The notes below the pieces were generated by a model. That model was given only the letters and a program-made list of their open reading frames with translations, made no database searches and was not told where the DNA came from. 64,000 bases of DNA, from NCBI GenBank assembly GCA_004022145.1, contig RCNU01000002.1; one strand, 5' to 3'. The stretch comes from Paecilomyces variotii (lineage: Eukaryota). Below, piece after piece: positions 58,120 through 64,000 of this stretch (the first letter of the stretch is position 1; the number at the start of each line of letters is the position of its first letter). Position numbers and translations under genes: made by a program.

Positions 58120-59133
58120 TTAACCCATGGCCATTTCTGCACGAAGTTTCTCGAGTTCTGCTTCCTCGTCCTCCTCCTCTTCTTGTTTTGCCTTGCCTTT
58201 GACTAGAGACGTGAGGTTAGATTCACATTGAATGTATAGACGGTGCACGTAATATGGAAGGAGTGTTGACTCACGCTCTCCGTTTGCCGCAGCAGGTAGT
58301 CTGTCGAGCTGATCTGTAACCGGGACAGTTCCCGTCTTGAGCATCCGCTCGTCCATTGCCTCCTGCTCCAGACCCTCCAGTTCGGCCTCGAGCTCGTCCT
58401 CGTCGGGCTGTTCGCCAAGTGGGTTGTTCGTGATAGCCGAAGCAATTTCTTGGCTGAGCTGGTGTTGTTCGCGGAGGGCATCCCTGTAGGAACGAGTTGA
58501 TGTGTTAGCAAGGACCGATCACTCTCGGAGATATAGAAAGCGAGGCGAATATATCCTGACTGCAGAAAACGTACATAGTCTCGTCGACCTTGTCGATCGT
58601 GAGGTTGCCATGAATCTGCGCCATGGCAGCGCCCGCCTGCTTCATCGCGTTCAGAGTCTCCTGGTTGATATTTGCCGCTTCGATAGAGTAGATCTGTTGC
58701 TCTAACTGGGCGATCTGTGCACTCGTCTGTTCGAGATTCTTCTCATGGACCTTCTTCCGTCGCAGGGCAGTTTTGGCAGCTATGCAAGAAATCCTCAATC
58801 TATCAGCCTAACGTTTGCTCCCTCGCATGTTACCAGACATAGTCCGCAACTAACAATGAAATTATGGTAACTGTAAGTAGTAGATATCGAGGTTCCCTGA
58901 CTTGCTACAAGATTCAAACATGCGGGTGTGATAGTCGACACGAATCACAGTAACATACCGTTCTTATTCTTCGAGATATTTTCCCTAGCAATCGCTTCCT
59001 GATCTGCCATCTGACTCTCCAGATACTTCTCCCTCTTCTGCAGCATATCCAACTGCTCTCGCAGCAGCAGGATGGCGTTCTTTGGCGCATCCTTTCTCTT
59101 CTGGGCTGACTGCCCACCGAACCAGCCCCACAT
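58120..59133 (-). CDS. snf7: ESCRT-III subunit Snf7/Vps32 (3 introns)
   Basis: MWGWFGG..PKNAILLLREQLDMLQKREKYL, AKTALRRKK..QIYSIEAANINQETL, DEDELEAELEGLEQ, C-terminal DEEAELEKLRAEMAMG. Confidence 0.93.
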
Positions 59134-59671
59134 CCTGACTGTTTTTGACAATGACAGAAATCGGAATAAATAATCGAGGGATAGGTTTTAAGATAGAGAC
59201 TCCGACCTCAAAGCGGTTGCCTAGGGCCCTTCTGGACTTCCGCTAGGAGGGGAACCGCAGACAGGTGACTTCAGATAGCGGTCAGGCGGCAGGATAAACA
59301 GCCGTAGTTCAGCAAGAGACCGTGCGTAACAGTTCCCGAAGGACCGTTGATAAGTTAAACAGCGGCGAGAGAAGAAAGGAGCAAGTAAAACAGCGTAAGA
59401 TCAACGGGATTTTCTGGAGATAGACAGAAGCCGAGCGAAAGATGGGCTTGCTTTCCCCTCTGTCCCTATGACATACGCGCTAAACCGATCGGAGAAGGAG
59501 CATCACGTGCCATCAAGTCTAACTAAACATCCCCGCCTGGAAGATCCTATCTCGGATTTTATCGACAGACGCGCTGGCTGCTACAAGGTCAATGAACCCT
59601 TCGACAGTACGCAGCTGAAATGACCAGAATGACTCGTTGAGTCTCATGGCGTCTTTTCTACGCTTGGCGGG

Positions 59672-60237
59672 ATGAACGGCCCCATTCCCACCACCAGGGT
59701 ATTTCTTTCGGAGATCGGATCTCTGCCACTCCACGCCAAAGTCCGCTTCCTGGGTTGGTACGTAAATAAAAACAAAACCAGTCAGAGTCCGCTAGAAGCA
59801 GAGATATTTCATCTCATAGATGCACGTATTTTCCTCAAGATATATCTACTGATAATAGTCACCACAGCGTAAGGAAATACGATGTCTCAACTGGCCATCT
59901 GATCCTCGAACACAATTATCCTCGAGCTCGAGGTCAAAATGAACCCGCAGCGGTTCGTGTCGACATCAATGTAATACTCGAGAACATGAAAGCAGATTAT
60001 CTCAGAGTAGGGACGTGGCTGAATGTCCTTGGTTACGTGCGGGAGTCTCCGCAGGAAGAAAAGCAGATGCCTGTTACAGATTCCAGCTTGAGATCTGTAT
60101 ATATCGAAGCCATCATGATCATTCCCGCGGGAGCTGTGCGGGTAGGAGAGTATGAGCGCATCTTGCAAGATGTTCGTGAGATCAACCAAAGGGTCAAGCG
60201 ACCAGCTCACGGTGTTTCTGGTTCCCATAGAGGTTAG
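59672..60237 (+). CDS. ten1: Telomere-capping CST complex subunit Ten1 (intron about 59758-59867)
   Basis: Spliced product KVRFLGCVRKYDVSTGHLILEH..VDINVIL..LRVGTWLNVLGYV matches the fungal Ten1 OB-fold pattern. Confidence 0.8.
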
Positions 60238-60510
60238 GGGTGGCACAATGACATTATTGGTGCATTTTTATTGTATTATATAGAGATATTTCTCCAATAA
60301 TACCTGAACAGCTATTTGGTATTTCTTCTGCTGTGATATTTTATGATTAACAAAGATGTATAATTCAGACCATCCCACATGTCTACTTCGCAATTGCCAA
60401 AAAATGAATCAGTCCCCGACGCCTTCTCTATGACCACAGCTTTCGTTCCTTATCAGAGACGACCAAACTAGCCTGAGTACAAAAAGTATCCATGCGTGAT
60501 GCGTAATTTT

Positions 60511-62398
60511 TTATACTTCCTCTCGCTTTTGTGCTTCCCTCAGCTCTGCTGCAGCTTCCTGGTCTCTTCTCAATTGACGCTTCCCTTCGAGCTTCTTCTT
60601 ATCGTCTTGCATCATCTGGATGAGAGTGCTCTTTTGGCGGATCTTGTAGCCATACTTGTAAAAGATGATAGGGATCGGAATGATAGCCACCTCCATCAAC
60701 CCTAGCAAAGTTCCGGCCCAATTAGCCCCCAGACTGGCGTACATGTAGGGACCCGCGAGGGGAAGAACGCCTCCTAGGATGCTACGGATAACAGCGTTAC
60801 CGGCCAGAGCTGATGCGGCATAGATACCGTAGCTGTGAGTCAGGTAGTTTGTCGCGTAGATAAAAACACCAGTATTTCCTGCTCCGAACGGCACGCCCGC
60901 AAGAATGGGCACTACCCAGTGGATGGAGGCTGGCGAACAGGTCCAGGCAAACCAGAGTTCGCCGATGGGGATGAAGACAGCTGCTATACAGACAAATGAA
61001 ACCATTGCTTCCGGTGGAACCCTCCCCGTCTCCGGATCGACCTTGTGGCGGTTGATGAGACGGCGTATCAATGGCTCGCAGACAATGGTGAGGATGGAAC
61101 CAACGCCAATTCCAATAAACGCCAGTCCCGACAAGCCAACAGACCAACCCCGAATTTCCCGGAAGACAATTGGATAAGCCACAAAGCAGAGATAGAGAAT
61201 GGCGTATACAATGGCGATATAGATGTTCCAGAAGATGCTGGAGAAGGAGCATATCAGTAAGATATCCAACAATGCGGAATTGGCAAGACGTACCAGATCG
61301 GCTCAACAACCGCCATTATGAACGGTCTGGTCAGATTAATCTTCAAAACCTCACTCAATGCCACTTTTTGGTCGTATCGACTCCACCATCGCGGATCGTC
61401 CGTCTCCTTACGAATCCGTGCAGCTTTGCGCTGAAGTAGGACCGGAGTATATGTCTCCTTCATAATACACGAAAACATCAACGCAACTCCCGTCATCATC
61501 ATGACAATCCAATCCGTCCACCTCCAGCCGAGGTACTGGGTAACAAAACCACCAATGATTGGACCGAAAACTGCGTGTTCGTCAGCTATTAATGAATGTA
61601 TTGCTCTGTGTCAACATATCTTCATACCAGGTCCATTCAGTGGTCCAAGACTCCAGACGGAGAAGGCCAATGCTCTATGTTCATCGTCCACAATGTCTGC
61701 CAACGTCCCAGGTGCGCTAGCAATCATCGCACTCCCTGCAAATGCCCCGATCAATCGCACAACAAGAAGTTCCGCCACTGATGTAGCCAGCGCCGCAGGT
61801 ATAATCAGGACTAGCATCAGGAACATGCAGATGACTGATATTGGCTTTCGACCATACGTCTCACTCAGGGGAGCGATGATAACAGAGCCGACCGCAAGGC
61901 CGATCAAATAAAGGGTCAATCCAAGAGTCACTACGGTTTGAGAAGCGTTCAAGTCGGAAGCAATGTTGGCTATCCCCGCAGTATAGGAGGTCGAATATAG
62001 AACACTGTAAAGCCAGAATTCACGTTAGCAGACGAGCTTCGCATTATGGCCCTGAGGGAGACCGACACTATAAATGTGTTCCAAGATAAGAAGCCCACCA
62101 TCATACTCCTGTACGCCAACGACCAGTTCCGAGGATTTGCAGGATCGTCTTCATCCTCCCAGTCGACCTCGAAGTTGGGATCCGTAGTACCTGCGGTGCC
62201 GACAGAGGTCACCTTCTGTCTTAGTGATGGTTGCGAGGCCCGGGAAATCTGTGGTGTGAGCGCTTTCTCATAGTTGTGCGCGATATCTAAACTGTTTCTC
62301 GATACACTCTCGATTGTCGAATTCTCCGAACGTTGTATGTGTACTTCTTCCACCCATTTTCCAGGCTCAGAAGAGTCTTGCCCCGAAGACGACGACAT
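60511..62398 (-). CDS. MFS multidrug transporter, DHA1 family (at least 3 introns)
   Basis: VDWEDEDDPANPRNWS, APLSETYGRK, GPLNGP, GWRW, KETY, RPFIMAVVEPI, YAASALAGN motifs across ORF segments. Confidence 0.9.
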
Positions 62399-64000
62399 CG
62401 AGAAGACACCTAAAGCACAGCGCACAGTAACTGGGCTGTCGGTTCTTCCAAGGCGCTCGAGACCCTGCAGCAGCGTGCCTTGAACGTTAAGGACTATGCG
62501 CAGTCCGTCTGATGATTCGGTACAAGGACCTACGCATAACAGTTCGGGCGTGTATATAGCTCGCGCTGGAAATTTGAGTCAAAGGTACAAAAGATTGACC
62601 TCCAGACTGTGGCAGGTCCAGCTGAGAAATAATGTGGTGGGCACCATTGGGACCCATTTATTATAGCAGCGCCGATTTCACCAGCCGACTTATCAATCGT
62701 CGATCAGAACCTACACGGCAATGGAAAAGAACTGTGCCTGGACATCCTCCTACACCGAGGTTAGTGCCCAGTCGTGGGGGCCTCGCCGATATGGATCTGC
62801 CACCAAAGTCGCTACAGGGCATCACTCAAGCTTGCTTTATGAAGTGACAGGCAGCCGTATATCAATCAAAGGACTTATGCCCTCTCGGTAGGAAGGATCG
62901 TGCTTTTCCGAGTACTTTCTCAAACAAACACTCTCTCCACGTCTAGGGTTTGTTTCTCTACCCGCAGACTTGCAGTATCGGTATCAATTCCCCGGGAAGA
63001 GAAAATAATGTTTGTCCCGATAGCGGGGTTGATAGGCCCCGAGAGTAAAGTCGGCCAATAGAGACGGAAGCGCAAGACGCCATGGTCCACTGAATATTGG
63101 GCTCTCCCAACTCTCTCCCCGCAGCCGAAGGGGAGTATCACTCCGTATTATGGCCATTATTGATCGCGCCAGCCTCTTGGAGCATCTAACAAAGCTCCAC
63201 GGTCCCAGGATCGCGTAGGAAATCCGACCTGAATGGACCATGAGACCCATTCGATGACTGATCTATGAGACCATGGAGAAGACTATCTGAAGAGTGTGTG
63301 GTGGAAGGAGTTGAATCCCTACTGGTTTATGAGCAGCCAAGATCATAGCAGAACCGAGAGCGTGCCGGTTTGCCGGTCGTTCGGGGAATACGAAAGCCAG
63401 TTGGAAGAGGGGTTTGACCGGGCGGTTGAAGTGAGTCCCTGGATAGATAGATTCTCTTGACCTCCGCCATGGAGATCGTTAGGCTTCAGTCGGTGAAGTG
63501 ATCCTGCGCCAAGGTTAGCGGTGGGTGAGATTTTGATAAGACCGGGGTGAAAAGGCGATTACGAGACCAACCATCTCGATGTATGCATGATTGAGACAAT
63601 CTTAATCAATTCAAATGACAGAAGAGCTGATGGATAATAGAGAGCATTGCTGATGATTGATGATGGAGGTAGGAGCATACAGCCATAGTGTACAGTAAAT
63701 ACCACACCCCCATGTTTTCCCGCAACCCACATGGGCGGTCCAGACGATTCTTCCCACATTTTGAACGTCTTCCACCAGGAGTAGGTCTTCTACCGGTACA
63801 AGCCTCGCCTAAAAACTTGGCTTTTTCCTGACCTTCCTTTTACCACCAAAAGCAATTACTAAGGTACTCGAGTTAACATTTCATAGCATAACATCAAATG
63901 ACTGAAAGAGAATATCCATATCTACTACCTGCGTACTTCGCGAAACTCAGCTCCATACGATATCCCCGTTCGTGACTCGCATATTGATCAATTCTAATCC

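Noticed and set aside
59672-60237. Link between ten1 and the CCCTAA-like repeats at 10.5 kb
   Set aside because: About 49 kb apart; ten1 lies in a housekeeping block; no evidence of a connection.

Overview
Fungal genomic DNA (filamentous ascomycete, Eurotiomycete-like gene content, GT-AG introns with CTRAC branch points). The centre of the window (about 13.9-40.1 kb) is a compact secondary-metabolite cluster: Zn2Cys6 regulator, a 12.4-kb hybrid HR-PKS-NRPS (KS-AT-DH-cMT-ER0-KR-ACP-C-A-T-R), a LovC-type trans-enoyl reductase, a cytochrome P450, a complete Ole1/Sde-type Delta-9 acyl-CoA desaturase with fused cytochrome b5, an SDR and a Baeyer-Villiger-type flavin monooxygenase. A DHA1 MFS transporter lies just left of it, beyond two small inverted-repeat (MITE-like) elements and TA-rich degenerate DNA. 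The most notable point is the housekeeping-type Delta-9 desaturase embedded among the tailoring genes: either a self-resistance copy (implying a product that inhibits Ole1) or a recruited tailoring desaturase. The cluster lacks the hydrolase and Diels-Alderase of cytochalasan clusters and has variant C-domain and BVMO motifs, so it may make a different, linear N-acyl product. The flanks hold ordinary genes: amidase, Ccc1/VIT1, a small membrane protein, a CBM48 protein, pkaR, a 2OG-Fe(II) oxygenase, fhl1, snf7, ten1 and a second MFS. All calls come from reading motifs by eye; no database search was run.
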